Shown here: piece after piece, positions 27,133-36,753 of the stretch | How the letters are laid out: every line of letters starts with the position of its first letter | Numbering within the stretch: position 1 is the stretch's first letter | NCBI GenBank assembly: GCA_036679645.1 | Contig: JAZDCY010000033.1 | Span: 4,387-68,386 of the forward strand | DNA from: Gemmatimonadota bacterium | GTDB taxonomy: Bacteria; Gemmatimonadota; Gemmatimonadetes; Gemmatimonadales; GWC2-71-9 | Direction: 5' to 3' | DNA length: 64,000 nucleotides | The notes under the pieces: model-generated | Databases searched by the model: none | What the model saw: only the letters and a program-made list of their open reading frames with translations | Told to the model about the DNA's origin: nothing | Made by a program: the position numbers and the translations under genes

Positions 27133-27480
27133 ATGAAGCCTGTCCCAGCTCCTCTCGCCATCGCCCTGCTGCTCGTCCCGCTCGCCGGATGCGGCGACGA
27201 TACCGGCCAGAACCCACAGCCCACGCCGATCACGGTCACGGTGGCAGACAACTCCTACAGCCCGACGACCGTGACACTTCCCACGGGCACGACCGTCAAC
27301 TGGACCTGGACCGGGACCCAGCAACACGACGTGGTGTGGTCGGGGACCAATGCGCCTGCGGCAGCACCTCTTCAGGCCACCGGCACCTACCAACGCGTCT
27401 TCAACGCAACCGGCACGTTCGGATACTTCTGCTCCATTCACGTCGCGGAAGGAATGACGGGAACGATCATCATCCAGTAG
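27133..27480 (+). CDS. Cupredoxin (plastocyanin/azurin-like) lipoprotein
   Basis: Lipobox LAGCG; ...HDVVW...FGYFCSIHVAEGMTGTIIIQ. Confidence 0.8.
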   Translation: MKPVPAPLAIALLLVPLAGCGDDTGQNPQPTPITVTVADNSYSPTTVTLPTGTTVNWTWTGTQQHDVVWSGTNAPAAAPLQATGTYQRVFNATGTFGYFCSIHVAEGMTGTIIIQ

Positions 27481-27500
27481 GCAGGCAGCACACCGACAGG

Positions 27501-27563
27501 CGCTCAGACGCTCAGACGCTCAGACGCTCAGACGCTCAGACGCTCAGACGCTCAGACGCTCAG
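27501..27563. repeat. Perfect tandem octamer (CGCTCAGA), about 7.9 units
   Basis: cgctcaga repeated from 27501 to 27563, between the second and third cupredoxin genes. Confidence 0.9.
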
Positions 27564-27628
27564 TTCATGGCGCTACGCAGGGCGTGGCATACCGCAAGCA
27601 ATCAACGTGCTCTCAACAGGATTTTCTC

Positions 27629-27994
27629 ATGAATCGTGTTTCTCAGCTTTCCGCTGTTGTGGTTATTGTCGTGCTCGGTGCGTGCGGCGGCGACGACGCA
27701 CAGCAACAGCCCACCGGTCCCGGCCCATCCGGACCGACCGCGACGACGAGCGTCAACATTATCGACAACGGCTTCAGTCCGTCATCGAACAGCGCCACCG
27801 CCGGTCAGTCCGTCACGTGGAGTTGGACCGGAAACAATCCTCATAACGTCACCTTTGACGACCCGGCCATTGGGAATTCGAGCACGAAGACGAGCGGCGG
27901 GTTTACGCGGAGCTTCCCTACGGCGGGGTCGTTCACCTACTTCTGCACTGTACACGGTAGGTCGATCATGTCGGGCACGGTGACGGTGAACTAA
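27629..27994 (+). CDS. Cupredoxin lipoprotein
   Basis: Start MNRVSQLSAVVVIVVLGACGGDD; ...HNVTF...FTYFCTVHGRSIMSGTVTVN. Confidence 0.8.
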   Translation: MNRVSQLSAVVVIVVLGACGGDDAQQQPTGPGPSGPTATTSVNIIDNGFSPSSNSATAGQSVTWSWTGNNPHNVTFDDPAIGNSSTKTSGGFTRSFPTAGSFTYFCTVHGRSIMSGTVTVN

Positions 27995-28007
27995 AGAACG
28001 TTGAACG

Positions 28008-28026
28008 GTGAACGTTCGACGTTCAC
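28008..28026. terminator. Perfect hairpin GTGAACG-TTCGA-CGTTCAC between convergent genes
   Basis: 7-bp stem and 5-nt loop between the cupredoxin stop (27994) and the rnz stop (28023). Built from the GAACGTTCGAC word also seen at 28968-29050. Confidence 0.55.
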
Positions 28027-28955
28027 TCGTACGCCACCTCAACTGTCATCCCGTCCTTGGCCACGACGGTCTCGGGGAACACCGCTCGCGCCTCATCGAG
28101 CAGAGCGTTCGGCGCAATGGAGAACCGCGCCGAGAGATGAGTGAGCACCAACCGCTTGACACCCGCAGCTAGCGCTACCTGAGCCGCTTCCACAGCGGTC
28201 GAGTGTCGGGTTGCGCGTGCGCGGTCGCGTTCATCATCCGTGAACGTGGCCTCGTGCACGAGGAGATCCGCACCCGTCGCGGCATCCACCAGTTCCTTCG
28301 TGGGACGCGTATCGCCGGACATGGCAACGAGGCGCCCGGGCCGGGACGGCCCGACCAGCTCTTCGGGTCCCGCGGACTTACGAATGGGTGGATCAACCGA
28401 CGCATCCTCCCACTGCACCGTCTCGCCACGGTGCAGCCGACCCCACAGCTGTCCCTCCGGAATTCCCAGGGCGCGCGCCTTCTCGGGGTCGAACCGGCCC
28501 AGCCGCTCGTGCTCTCGCAGGGCATAACCGACCGCATCGCCACCGTGCTCTGCTCGCAGCACCTCGATGGCGTAGTCCTCTCGGTCGAGCGTGTCGCCCG
28601 GTGCAATCTCGTGGATCTCAATTGGGAAGGGAGCGCGCTCAACTCCCAACTCGATGGCGCTGCCGAGCACGCGTTTGGCGCCACGCGGGCCGTACAGATG
28701 GAGCGGATCTTCGCGACCCTGTAGCCCCAACGTGCGCACCAGGCCGATGACACCGAGAAAGTGATCGGCGTGGAAGTGCGTGAAGAACATTTCTCGGAAC
28801 GTGAATCCCACCCCGAAGCGCATCATCTGGCGCTGCGTTCCCTCGCCGCAGTCGAACAGCAACATCTCGCCCTCGCGCTGGACGGCGATGGACGAGACCG
28901 ATCGCTCGACGGTGGGCCGCGCCGCGGACGTGCCCAGAAAAGTGAGACTCAGCAT
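28023..28955 (-). CDS. rnz: Ribonuclease Z (tRNA 3' endonuclease, MBL fold)
   Basis: MLSLTFLGTSAARPT...LLFDCGEGTQRQM...FFTHFHADHFLG is the RNase Z signature. 310 aa. Confidence 0.9.
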   Translation of the reverse strand: MLSLTFLGTSAARPTVERSVSSIAVQREGEMLLFDCGEGTQRQMMRFGVGFTFREMFFTHFHADHFLGVIGLVRTLGLQGREDPLHLYGPRGAKRVLGSAIELGVERAPFPIEIHEIAPGDTLDREDYAIEVLRAEHGGDAVGYALREHERLGRFDPEKARALGIPEGQLWGRLHRGETVQWEDASVDPPIRKSAGPEELVGPSRPGRLVAMSGDTRPTKELVDAATGADLLVHEATFTDDERDRARATRHSTAVEAAQVALAAGVKRLVLTHLSARFSIAPNALLDEARAVFPETVVAKDGMTVEVAYE

Positions 28956-28967
28956 GGGGGGGAATAT

Positions 28968-29050
28968 AGAACGTCGAACTCTGAACGCAGAACATCGAAC
29001 TCTGATTGTCTGGCGTTCGACGTTCGACGTTCGATGTTTGGCGTTCGGCG
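28968..29050. repeat. Long imperfect inverted repeat built from GAACGTCGAAC / GTTCGACGTTC words
   Basis: The left arm (28969-29004) is complementary to the right arm (29013-29050). Lies between the rnz start and the mlaD stop, both on the minus strand. Confidence 0.6.
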
Positions 29051-29052
29051 TG

Positions 29053-29937
29053 CTAGAACACTCTCAGATGAAAGTATCGCGCCGGCCGCTCCCGAATGTC
29101 GTCGAGCAGGATACGGAGCGAGCGGGCCGTCTCCACCATCTCGACATAGAGCGTCGTATCGTTCACCAGCCGGCCAAGCGTCCCCGAGTCGCTCTCCATA
29201 CGTACCATCATGCGCGCCAGTGCTTGCGTGGCCTGACCAAGACCGATCACCATCTCGTTCAGGTTGTCGGTGATCTCGTCGAGCTGCGCCACGGAGCGGG
29301 CCAGGTCGGGACTACCCAGCGTTGAGTCGAGGCGCCCAGCTACCGACGACAGCCGCTCGAGCGCACGAGCGGCTTCTCGCACTACGGGCCCGCTGCCAAG
29401 TTGGGCGATCACGTTCATCGCCCGGCGCGTAGCGGCCAGCGTCTCGTGGATCTCGTCGGCCGTGCGTTCCGACAGCAACGCACCGGCCCCGGACAGGACG
29501 TCTGTCGCCTGGTTCGCCACCGTCGCCGCCGTTTCCATTATGGCGAGTTCCCGCGTCCCGTCGATGATCTGTCCGTCAGCGAGCGCCTGATCCGACCGGC
29601 CCGGGTTGTAGTCCACATACATCGCGCCGAAGGCGTCCAGCACGCGCACGGCTACTTGGGCGTCCTCCTTGGGCCCCACGCTGGCGTCCACCTCCATGTA
29701 GACCACGACGTCGCCCACACCCTCGAGAACCACGCGTGAGACGCGCCCCTTACGAACGCCCGAGATCGTCACCGGGTCCCCGACCCCGAGACCCGAGATG
29801 TCTGCGAAGCGCACGCCGAAGGCCTCCCTGTCGCCGAACGACTTCCCCGCGAGAAACGTGAGCCCCCCGAAGACCAGGACGAGTGCGGCGACGACGAGAA
29901 GGCCGACGGTGACTTCCCGCTTGTAGTGAAGATCCAT
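29053..29937 (-). CDS. mlaD: MlaD/Mce family protein
   Basis: N-terminal TM segment, then an MCE domain (…GVRFADISGLGVGDPVTISGVRKGRVSRV…). Confidence 0.8.
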   Translation of the reverse strand: MDLHYKREVTVGLLVVAALVLVFGGLTFLAGKSFGDREAFGVRFADISGLGVGDPVTISGVRKGRVSRVVLEGVGDVVVYMEVDASVGPKEDAQVAVRVLDAFGAMYVDYNPGRSDQALADGQIIDGTRELAIMETAATVANQATDVLSGAGALLSERTADEIHETLAATRRAMNVIAQLGSGPVVREAARALERLSSVAGRLDSTLGSPDLARSVAQLDEITDNLNEMVIGLGQATQALARMMVRMESDSGTLGRLVNDTTLYVEMVETARSLRILLDDIRERPARYFHLRVF

Positions 29938-29943
29938 AGGCCG

Positions 29944-30699
29944 CTAGCCCGGCTCGTGGAGGAAGGTCCCGAAATCCCGCTCGAAGAATTCTAACACCGC
30001 ATCGTCGGTGCTCGCACGAATCTCTTCCGGCGTTCCCATGGCTCGGATCTGCGCATCCTTCAAGAGCGCAATCCTATCCGCGACGCGGAACGAGCCGCGC
30101 ACATCGTGACTGACGACCACGCTGGTCACGCCAAGGCTGTCTCGCAACTTCGTGACCAGCTTATCGATGATATCTGCATTCACCGGGTCGAGTCCGGAGG
30201 TGGGCTCATCGTACAAGAGATAGGTCGGCTGGCCGGCAATGGCCCGCGCAATCCCGACCCGCTTCTTCATGCCGCCCGAGAGATCGGCTGGGTACTTCTC
30301 CGCCGTCTGGTGCGGCAGGTTCACGAGGTCGAGGCATTGCGCCACCCGACTCCGACAATACGATCGATCTGCCGCGCACTCCTCGTCGGTGATCCCGAGT
30401 TGGACGTTCTCATAGACACTCATCGAGTCGAACAGCGCACCGAACTGGAAGACGTACCCTATCCGGGAGCGGAGCATCGACAACGGCTTTCGCTGCAGAT
30501 GCGGTACACTCAACCCGTCGACGTACACCTCACCGGCATCGGGATGGATCAGGCCGTTGATGTGCTTGAGGAGGACGCTCTTCCCGACGCCGGACGGCCC
30601 GAGGAGAGCTACCGTCTCGCCCTGGTTCACGTCGAAGTCCACGCCGTCGAGCACCACCAGCTCGCCGAAACGCTTGTGGACGTCGCTGAGCTTGATCAT
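29944..30699 (-). CDS. mlaF: ABC transporter ATP-binding protein (MlaF-like)
   Basis: Walker A GPSGVGKS, signature LSGGMKKR, Walker B LLYDEPTSGLD. Confidence 0.85.
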   Translation of the reverse strand: MIKLSDVHKRFGELVVLDGVDFDVNQGETVALLGPSGVGKSVLLKHINGLIHPDAGEVYVDGLSVPHLQRKPLSMLRSRIGYVFQFGALFDSMSVYENVQLGITDEECAADRSYCRSRVAQCLDLVNLPHQTAEKYPADLSGGMKKRVGIARAIAGQPTYLLYDEPTSGLDPVNADIIDKLVTKLRDSLGVTSVVVSHDVRGSFRVADRIALLKDAQIRAMGTPEEIRASTDDAVLEFFERDFGTFLHEPG

Positions 30700-30700
30700 G

Positions 30701-30745
30701 GGCGGGAAGGCGGGATGGCGGGATGGCGGGAAGGCAGGATGGCAC
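30701..30745. repeat. Tandem octamer (GGCGGGAW) x5, abutting the mlaF start codon
   Basis: Reads ggcgggaa ggcgggat ggcgggat ggcgggaa ggcaggat ggcac. Lies inside the mlaE-mlaF spacer. Confidence 0.8.
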
Positions 30746-30798
30746 CCACGGACCCGAGACCCCCATCGTCCCGTCCTCGGTCTGCCGTCGCCGGTTCA

Positions 30799-31593
30799 CT
30801 ACCCACTGGGCAACAAGATTTGCGCGAGTACGGCATCGAGGAAGAGAATCGAGACGGACGCACTTACGACCGCGGCTGTAGTCGCGCGGCCCACTCCCTC
30901 CGCCCCCTGCTTGGTGGTAAACCCGACGTAGCACGGCACGAGGGAGATGGCCAACCCAAAGGCTACCGACTTGACGATCGAGTACCACAGATCCAATGGC
31001 CGAAAGAAGTACTGGGCACCGTAAATGAAGTCCGCGTTCGAAATCTGGAGTATCCCCGTCGCCGCAAACCACCAGCCTGATAGGATCCCGATCAGGTCGG
31101 CGAAGATGACGAGCACCGGCAGCATCAGGGTACCGGCGAGTACCCGAGGAATGATCAGGTGCGAAATGGGAGATCGGCCCAGGCTCTCGAGCGCATCGAT
31201 CTGTTCCGTGACCCGCATCGTTCCCAACTCCGCGGCGTAGCGGGCGCCGATACGACCCGCGAGCAACAGCGCGGTGAGCACAGGTCCCAACTCCAGAATG
31301 ATGGTCTGGACCACGAGGCCACCCACGATGTAGACGGGGAGGCTCGCCTCGAATTGATACCCCGTCTGCAGGGCCGTCACCGCACCTGCGAAACCGGCCG
31401 TCAGCATGACGATGAAGAGCGACCCGAATCCGACGTGATACGCCTGCTCGAAGGTCCGTGGCACCCAGACCCGCCACTCGCCAAGCGAACGGAACATCTC
31501 GAGCACTAGGTAAGAGAGACGCCCAACCTGGCTCATCGCCTTCAGGCTGAAGCGTCCGACGAGTCGCCTGGCGTCCAATGTGACGGTTGGCAT
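30799..31593 (-). CDS. mlaE: ABC transporter permease (MlaE-like)
   Basis: 264 aa with MlaE-type TM pattern and sequence (…TEQIDALESLG…). Confidence 0.85.
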   Translation of the reverse strand: MPTVTLDARRLVGRFSLKAMSQVGRLSYLVLEMFRSLGEWRVWVPRTFEQAYHVGFGSLFIVMLTAGFAGAVTALQTGYQFEASLPVYIVGGLVVQTIILELGPVLTALLLAGRIGARYAAELGTMRVTEQIDALESLGRSPISHLIIPRVLAGTLMLPVLVIFADLIGILSGWWFAATGILQISNADFIYGAQYFFRPLDLWYSIVKSVAFGLAISLVPCYVGFTTKQGAEGVGRATTAAVVSASVSILFLDAVLAQILLPSG

Positions 31594-31609
31594 GGGCGAC
31601 TTGGCCTAC

Positions 31610-32071
31610 CTAGCCGGTGACCGCGAAGAAGAGCGCGGCGGCGACGAGCAACAGCGCCGTACCCGACGCGGCGCGAAGGCGTCCGCGATACAGCCGCGCC
31701 GTCGCCGAGGACTCGGCACCCTCAGACAGCGCGGAGATCCGGGCCAGGCGCTGTGAGGTCGGCAGAGACACGAGGATCTCGATCACGCCGGCCAGGAGCC
31801 CCATTCCCTGCATCGCCGCGACCGACGGATCGCCCAGCCGTGAGCCGTAGCCCTGGCTCGCGGCCATCATGGTGAGCGCCACGCCGGAGGCAACCGCCGC
31901 GATGGCGCCCGGGCCCACGACCCAGGCGTACACCTTGCCCAGCATCTCGTCAACCGCCGCACGCGCTGCAGGGGACGTTTCGGCCTCGAGCGTGTTCACG
32001 AGAACGGCCACGGCACCGCCTCCCAACCAGAGGCCAATACCAAGCATGTGCAGGAACCTGATGAGGTTCAC
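31610..32071 (-). CDS. Integral membrane protein, hypothetical (4 TM)
   Basis: 153 aa, hydrophobic, no firm family. Confidence 0.55.
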   Translation of the reverse strand: MNLIRFLHMLGIGLWLGGGAVAVLVNTLEAETSPAARAAVDEMLGKVYAWVVGPGAIAAVASGVALTMMAASQGYGSRLGDPSVAAMQGMGLLAGVIEILVSLPTSQRLARISALSEGAESSATARLYRGRLRAASGTALLLVAAALFFAVTG

Positions 32072-32493
32072 GAGTCGGGCGCCTTAGCCACCACCTCCGG
32101 GACGATCGGACGGCGCGCGGCGAACCCCGCATCGATCTCGTGCCAGTGCAAGACCTCGGTCTCGCCCAGTCTCCAGCACAGGAAGATGTCACGGTCGTCG
32201 AGCATGGAGTGATAATCGACGAGGCCGTCGTCGAATCCTTTGAGGATACACCCGATCTGCTTCAACTCCTCGATGAACTCGTTGATACGCTGGGCGACTT
32301 CATCGACCTCTGTGCGTAACGCGGCGGCATCTTCGGACTCACCGAGATCCCGTCGATCGCGCGCCGCAACCACCTCGTAGCGACTTAGAGCCCCCTTCCA
32401 CTCGACATATTCGTCCACGATGTCCTGGACGATCCGCCGTACCAGCGGGAGCGTCCCGTTCGCTTCCTCGAGCGTGAAGTACCGTGTGTCCAT
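32068..32493 (-). CDS. DUF2203 family protein
   Basis: Start MDTRYFTLEEANGTLPLVRRIV at 32493; ...CILKGFDDGLVDYHS...LCWRLGE is typical of DUF2203. Confidence 0.7.
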   Translation of the reverse strand: MDTRYFTLEEANGTLPLVRRIVQDIVDEYVEWKGALSRYEVVAARDRRDLGESEDAAALRTEVDEVAQRINEFIEELKQIGCILKGFDDGLVDYHSMLDDRDIFLCWRLGETEVLHWHEIDAGFAARRPIVPEVVAKAPDS

Positions 32494-32501
32494 TCGACGT
32501 T

Positions 32502-33650
32502 TCAACCCACCAGAGTTCGCATGATGCCGGCGACGGCAAAACCGGTGTAGTTCCCAACCGCGTATCCCAGCAAGCCGACCGCAACGCCCGGAACGACACG
32601 ATCCTGGTATCCCCGAGCCGTGGCAATGGCCATGGCGGATGCGGGACCGCCGATATTGGCCTGCGACGCGACCGTAAGCGTCGCGAGGTCGATCCGGAGT
32701 AGTCGACCGACACCGAACAGTAATAGGCCGTGAATGCCTACCACAATCAGCGTGTAGTAGAAGACCGCTGGTCCTACCCGCACAATCTCCCGAATGATCG
32801 ACTGGGCGCCGAGGCCCGCCAGAAAAAGATGCAGCAGGTAGTTCCCCCACACGGGGCCGCCGGCCAGACGGCGCACCGGCCCCACCTGGGCAGCGATCAA
32901 CGCAAATGTCGTAAGCCACAGGACGGTCGGGACACCCGGCACGTGGCGGCCAATCGCCTCGGCAAAGAAGAGCGCGGCGGTCGCGATGAGGAGCACCGCC
33001 GCCGTGTCGAGCAACGTTACCGATCGGCCGGTCGCGGTGAACTCGGTGTCAACCGGACTTGATACCGGTGCGGCATCACCCGGCGCCTTGGCTGCGCGCG
33101 CATTGCGACCCCACACCTGCGCCAACACGACCGGTGCGATGAGCGAAGCGGCCATCCAGAGCGCCGTTGTCACATGATCCGCCGCCACGGCCGCACCGAA
33201 TATCTCCGCGCTCGTCTCGAGACCGGCCCCAAGCGCCACGAAGTTGACCCCGCCGCCGATGTACGTACCCGTGTACTGCCCGGCCAGTTTCCACGTCTCG
33301 GGACCGACCGCACCGTGCAGCAGCAGCCCTCCCGCAATTGCGCCTACGACCGTACCGAAGGCGCCGAGTGCAAAGGCACCGAGCATTGCCGGTCCCGCGC
33401 GAATCAGCGTCTTGACGTCGACCCCCATCAGGATGAGCGCGATCCCGAGGTTCACACCCACACCGCCCAACATATCGTATGCCTCTGAATGAGCGGGTAG
33501 GATTCCGACGTTGGACAGCACCGCGGTGATCACGATTGCCGTGAGTACCGACCCGAGCGATCGCACCACGCGCGAACGCCGCTCGAGGTGAACGGCGGCG
33601 TAGACGATCACGGCAAGGACGAGAAAGACCGCCAGCGGGTCGGCGATCAT
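32502..33650 (-). CDS. DUF819 family membrane protein
   Basis: 382 aa polytopic membrane protein with DUF819-like sequence. Confidence 0.75.
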   Translation of the reverse strand: MIADPLAVFLVLAVIVYAAVHLERRSRVVRSLGSVLTAIVITAVLSNVGILPAHSEAYDMLGGVGVNLGIALILMGVDVKTLIRAGPAMLGAFALGAFGTVVGAIAGGLLLHGAVGPETWKLAGQYTGTYIGGGVNFVALGAGLETSAEIFGAAVAADHVTTALWMAASLIAPVVLAQVWGRNARAAKAPGDAAPVSSPVDTEFTATGRSVTLLDTAAVLLIATAALFFAEAIGRHVPGVPTVLWLTTFALIAAQVGPVRRLAGGPVWGNYLLHLFLAGLGAQSIIREIVRVGPAVFYYTLIVVGIHGLLLFGVGRLLRIDLATLTVASQANIGGPASAMAIATARGYQDRVVPGVAVGLLGYAVGNYTGFAVAGIMRTLVG

Positions 33651-34492
33651 GCAGCGGGACCGGCCCAGGACAGCGCGCGAACGGCCGCGCGATACCCTTC
33701 TTCGACGTAGTGGCCGACACGATCAACAGCGAACGTCGCCTCGGCCTCGATGACGGGCTGCACAACCACCACCCGGGGACCGCCGTTCCGGCTCGCGGCC
33801 TCACCGGTCCACCGCGCAATCTCCCGCTCGATCTGTGCCGCCATCATGATCCGCACCGTGTTCCCATGCGTGCGTACAAGGGGCGGCAGCGCCGCCCTGC
33901 GATCGGCAGGCTCCTCGTAAAGCGATGGTCCGACATTGACCGCGAAGAGTAACTCGGGCTCGAACAGCGCCGCGACATCGAGCGGGAGCACACTGCGGAG
34001 TCCGCCATCGACGTAGAGCCGGTCACCAATCCGGCCTGGCGGGTAGTAGACCGACAGCGCGCAGGACGCATACAGGGCATCGACCAACGGAACCCGCTCG
34101 CGCCCGCCGGCCCCGAACAGCACCAACTGGCCATTCTGGGAATCGACTGCCGTCACTGTGAGGGGGACATCCAATTCGTCGAAGCGTGCGGCGGGAACGA
34201 GACGCGCGATGGTCTCTCGTAGAGGGGCCTCACGCAGAAAACTCTCACTGAAGTACCCCAACACCGCGGCTGATGACATCGCGGCGACATCCGCGCGCCT
34301 GATCTGGGTCATGCGTACGAGCGCCTGCTCATACGACAGGCCGCTTGCCAGGCACGCGGCTACGACGGCACCCATCGAGGTGCCAACGTAGTGCTCGGGA
34401 ACGAGCGATCGCTCGGTGAGCGCCTTGACCGCTCCAAGGTGGGCGGCCGTCTTGGCACCTCCACCCGAGAGCGCGCAGACGACGCGCGTCAC
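33647..34492 (-). CDS. Patatin-like phospholipase
   Basis: GTG start at 34492 (GTGA overlap with the upstream gene). Contains the GGGAKTAAHLG oxyanion motif, the GTSMG nucleophile motif and a DGG motif. Confidence 0.8.
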   Translation of the reverse strand: MTRVVCALSGGGAKTAAHLGAVKALTERSLVPEHYVGTSMGAVVAACLASGLSYEQALVRMTQIRRADVAAMSSAAVLGYFSESFLREAPLRETIARLVPAARFDELDVPLTVTAVDSQNGQLVLFGAGGRERVPLVDALYASCALSVYYPPGRIGDRLYVDGGLRSVLPLDVAALFEPELLFAVNVGPSLYEEPADRRAALPPLVRTHGNTVRIMMAAQIEREIARWTGEAASRNGGPRVVVVQPVIEAEATFAVDRVGHYVEEGYRAAVRALSWAGPAA

Positions 34493-34932
34493 GAAGGCCT
34501 CTCGCGTCCGACGTCGGCAAGGCGGCGACGACGACGTTCCTGTGCCGCGGTGTGACGGCGTCGCTCCGCTTCCGTCTCCAGCACGAGCCCGCGCACCGGC
34601 GACGGTCGGCCGTTCTCGTCGGTGGCGACGAACGTCACGTAACAACTATTCGTGTGCCGCCGTTTTCCCGTATGCAGGTTCTCGGCTTCGATTCGCACGC
34701 CGACTTCCATTGACGATCGACCCACGAAGTTGACGCACGCATCGGCAATCACGAGTTCACCCAGATAGATCGGCTCGAGGAAATCGACGCGGTCCATGGA
34801 TACCGTCACGCACGGCTGGCGCGCATGTCGTGTCGCCGCGACCGAAGCGACCTGGTCGATCAACGAGACGATCACGCCACCGAACACATTCCCGAGGTTG
34901 TTCGCCATGTGCGGCATCATCCGCTCGGACAT
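34489..34932 (-). CDS. Acyl-CoA thioesterase (hotdog fold, YciA-like)
   Basis: …ANNLGNVFGGVIVSLIDQVA…VTVSMDRVDFLEPI… is hotdog thioesterase sequence. Confidence 0.8.
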   Translation of the reverse strand: MSERMMPHMANNLGNVFGGVIVSLIDQVASVAATRHARQPCVTVSMDRVDFLEPIYLGELVIADACVNFVGRSSMEVGVRIEAENLHTGKRRHTNSCYVTFVATDENGRPSPVRGLVLETEAERRRHTAAQERRRRRLADVGRERPS

Positions 34933-34970
34933 GGTCGCTCGGGTGGCGGAGGGCGGGGCGGGAGGAAGGG

Positions 34971-36749
34971 TCAGTAGTCCACCGGCCTCAGGTAGCTCTC
35001 CCCAATAGCCGTACTGGACACCATCGCCACCGTCGGGAGACGACGCTTCCAGTGGGTTGAGTCGAGTCGTTGCTTGACGAGATCTACCTCCGCCTGCAAG
35101 AACCCGCGCTCCACGACCTCGGCGACGCTCATGCCACCCAGCAGCCAGTGGAGGATCATGTCAGCCCTGGCGTAGGAGATACCAAGATCCGCCTCATCGG
35201 TCTGACCTTGAATGAGGTCCGCCGTGGCCGGCTTCTCGACGATCTGGTCCGAAATGCCGAGGTGCCGGGCCAGAGCCCAGACCTGCGACTTCCACAGATC
35301 GCCAAGTGGGTTGACCGGCGGGGAGTCGTCGGCGTGCCATGTGAAATAACCAAGCAGTCGCTCGGTCTTGTTCCCGGTACCGAGCGGGAGTGCGTGATGT
35401 TTGGCTGAGAGATCGAAGAGGGCGATCATCCGCACGCGCGCCATGACATTGCCCCGTCGCGTGGGATCGCCGTCGTCCGGTGTCGAGGCGTAGAACCCGT
35501 CAACCGCTTCGGAGATATCGATCGTGATCGTCTCGATCCCCAACTGGCGCGCCGCGAGCGCGGCATGCTCCAGGCTCTCGGGAGACGATGTCCGGTAGGG
35601 CAGTCGTACACCGATCACATTCGCCGGACCGAACGCGCGCGCGGCCAGTGCGGCGGTGACCGAACTGTCCACCCCGCCGGACAACGCCACGATGCCGCGC
35701 TGGAATCCGCGGCGCTCGATCACCTCCTCGCGCAGGAACGTCACCAGCCACCGCTCGAGCAGTTCGCCATTGATGGAGAGCGGGTCACCCGGCGGGTCCG
35801 GGTCTACCACGAGATGGGTGGCGGGCTCAGGCTGGGCCACACTTGGCGACGCCCCGCACGCCGGATCATACGCCGCCGGCTCGCGCCGCCGCTCCGGTGC
35901 GCCGCGGATAAGTACCGGCAGTGCAGACTGCAGATCGGAGAGCAGCGGCGCGTCCGCCCGCGCGCGTGTGAGCGCCCGCTTGTCGAGTCGCGCACGGACG
36001 ATGGCCTCCTCGAACTCCGGCCCCTCGAGGAGTTGATTGCCGTCGGGTCCCACGAGCGTCGACCTACCCTGGAACCGCTTGCCTCCCTCGAACCCGACGA
36101 TCTGGACGAGTGCCGCGTAGACACCGTGCTCGGCTGCGATGACACGCAGGATCCGGTTCCACGTCTCGACGTTGTTGGCTCCCGTACCGATCGGGGCGAC
36201 GCCGCGCGCCGGCGACGCGCTGGGGACCAACAAGAGCTGCGCGCCGTCGAGTGCCGCGATCGTGGCCGTGGTCGAGTGCCACAGGTCTTCGCAGATCAGC
36301 ATCGCGACGCGCCCCCAACTCGTATCGAACGCCTGAACGCTCCGTCCCGCATCGACGAAGCGTTCCTCGTCAAACAGGCCGTACGTGGGGAGAAACACCT
36401 TGCGGTGCACATGCCGGATCCCGGCGTCACTGCCGCCCAAGGTGGCGTACAGGGCGGAGTTGTGATGGTGGCTCTGGTGCTCCTCGTAGAAACCGACGCA
36501 TACGTCGAGCGGCGGCGCGCCCGAGAGGTCGTGCTGTGCGGCCAGGTCGCGGTACAACGTCCCCGCGCTCACCGCCACCTCCCGCACGCCGCCCTCGAGG
36601 AAATAACCCGACATCACCGACTCACCGAAAACCACGAGACCCGGCGGTTCGTCCCACGCCCCGACCTGCGCGAGCACGTTCGCCACACGGTGGAGGTTCC
36701 CGGCGTAGTCGGCCTTGGCCGGCCGGATCTGGGCCAGCGCAATCAGCAT
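34971..36749 (-). CDS. nadE: Glutamine-dependent NAD+ synthetase (CN-hydrolase plus NAD synthase domains)
   Basis: 592 aa: N-terminal nitrilase-like domain (…MLICEDLWH…), C-terminal SGGVDSS PP-loop. Confidence 0.9.
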   Translation of the reverse strand: MLIALAQIRPAKADYAGNLHRVANVLAQVGAWDEPPGLVVFGESVMSGYFLEGGVREVAVSAGTLYRDLAAQHDLSGAPPLDVCVGFYEEHQSHHHNSALYATLGGSDAGIRHVHRKVFLPTYGLFDEERFVDAGRSVQAFDTSWGRVAMLICEDLWHSTTATIAALDGAQLLLVPSASPARGVAPIGTGANNVETWNRILRVIAAEHGVYAALVQIVGFEGGKRFQGRSTLVGPDGNQLLEGPEFEEAIVRARLDKRALTRARADAPLLSDLQSALPVLIRGAPERRREPAAYDPACGASPSVAQPEPATHLVVDPDPPGDPLSINGELLERWLVTFLREEVIERRGFQRGIVALSGGVDSSVTAALAARAFGPANVIGVRLPYRTSSPESLEHAALAARQLGIETITIDISEAVDGFYASTPDDGDPTRRGNVMARVRMIALFDLSAKHHALPLGTGNKTERLLGYFTWHADDSPPVNPLGDLWKSQVWALARHLGISDQIVEKPATADLIQGQTDEADLGISYARADMILHWLLGGMSVAEVVERGFLQAEVDLVKQRLDSTHWKRRLPTVAMVSSTAIGESYLRPVDY

Positions 36750-36753
36750 GCTG

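Noticed and set aside
27501-27563. CRISPR array
   Set aside because: These are 8-nt units in perfect tandem with no spacers. No cas genes are present, so it is a simple tandem repeat.
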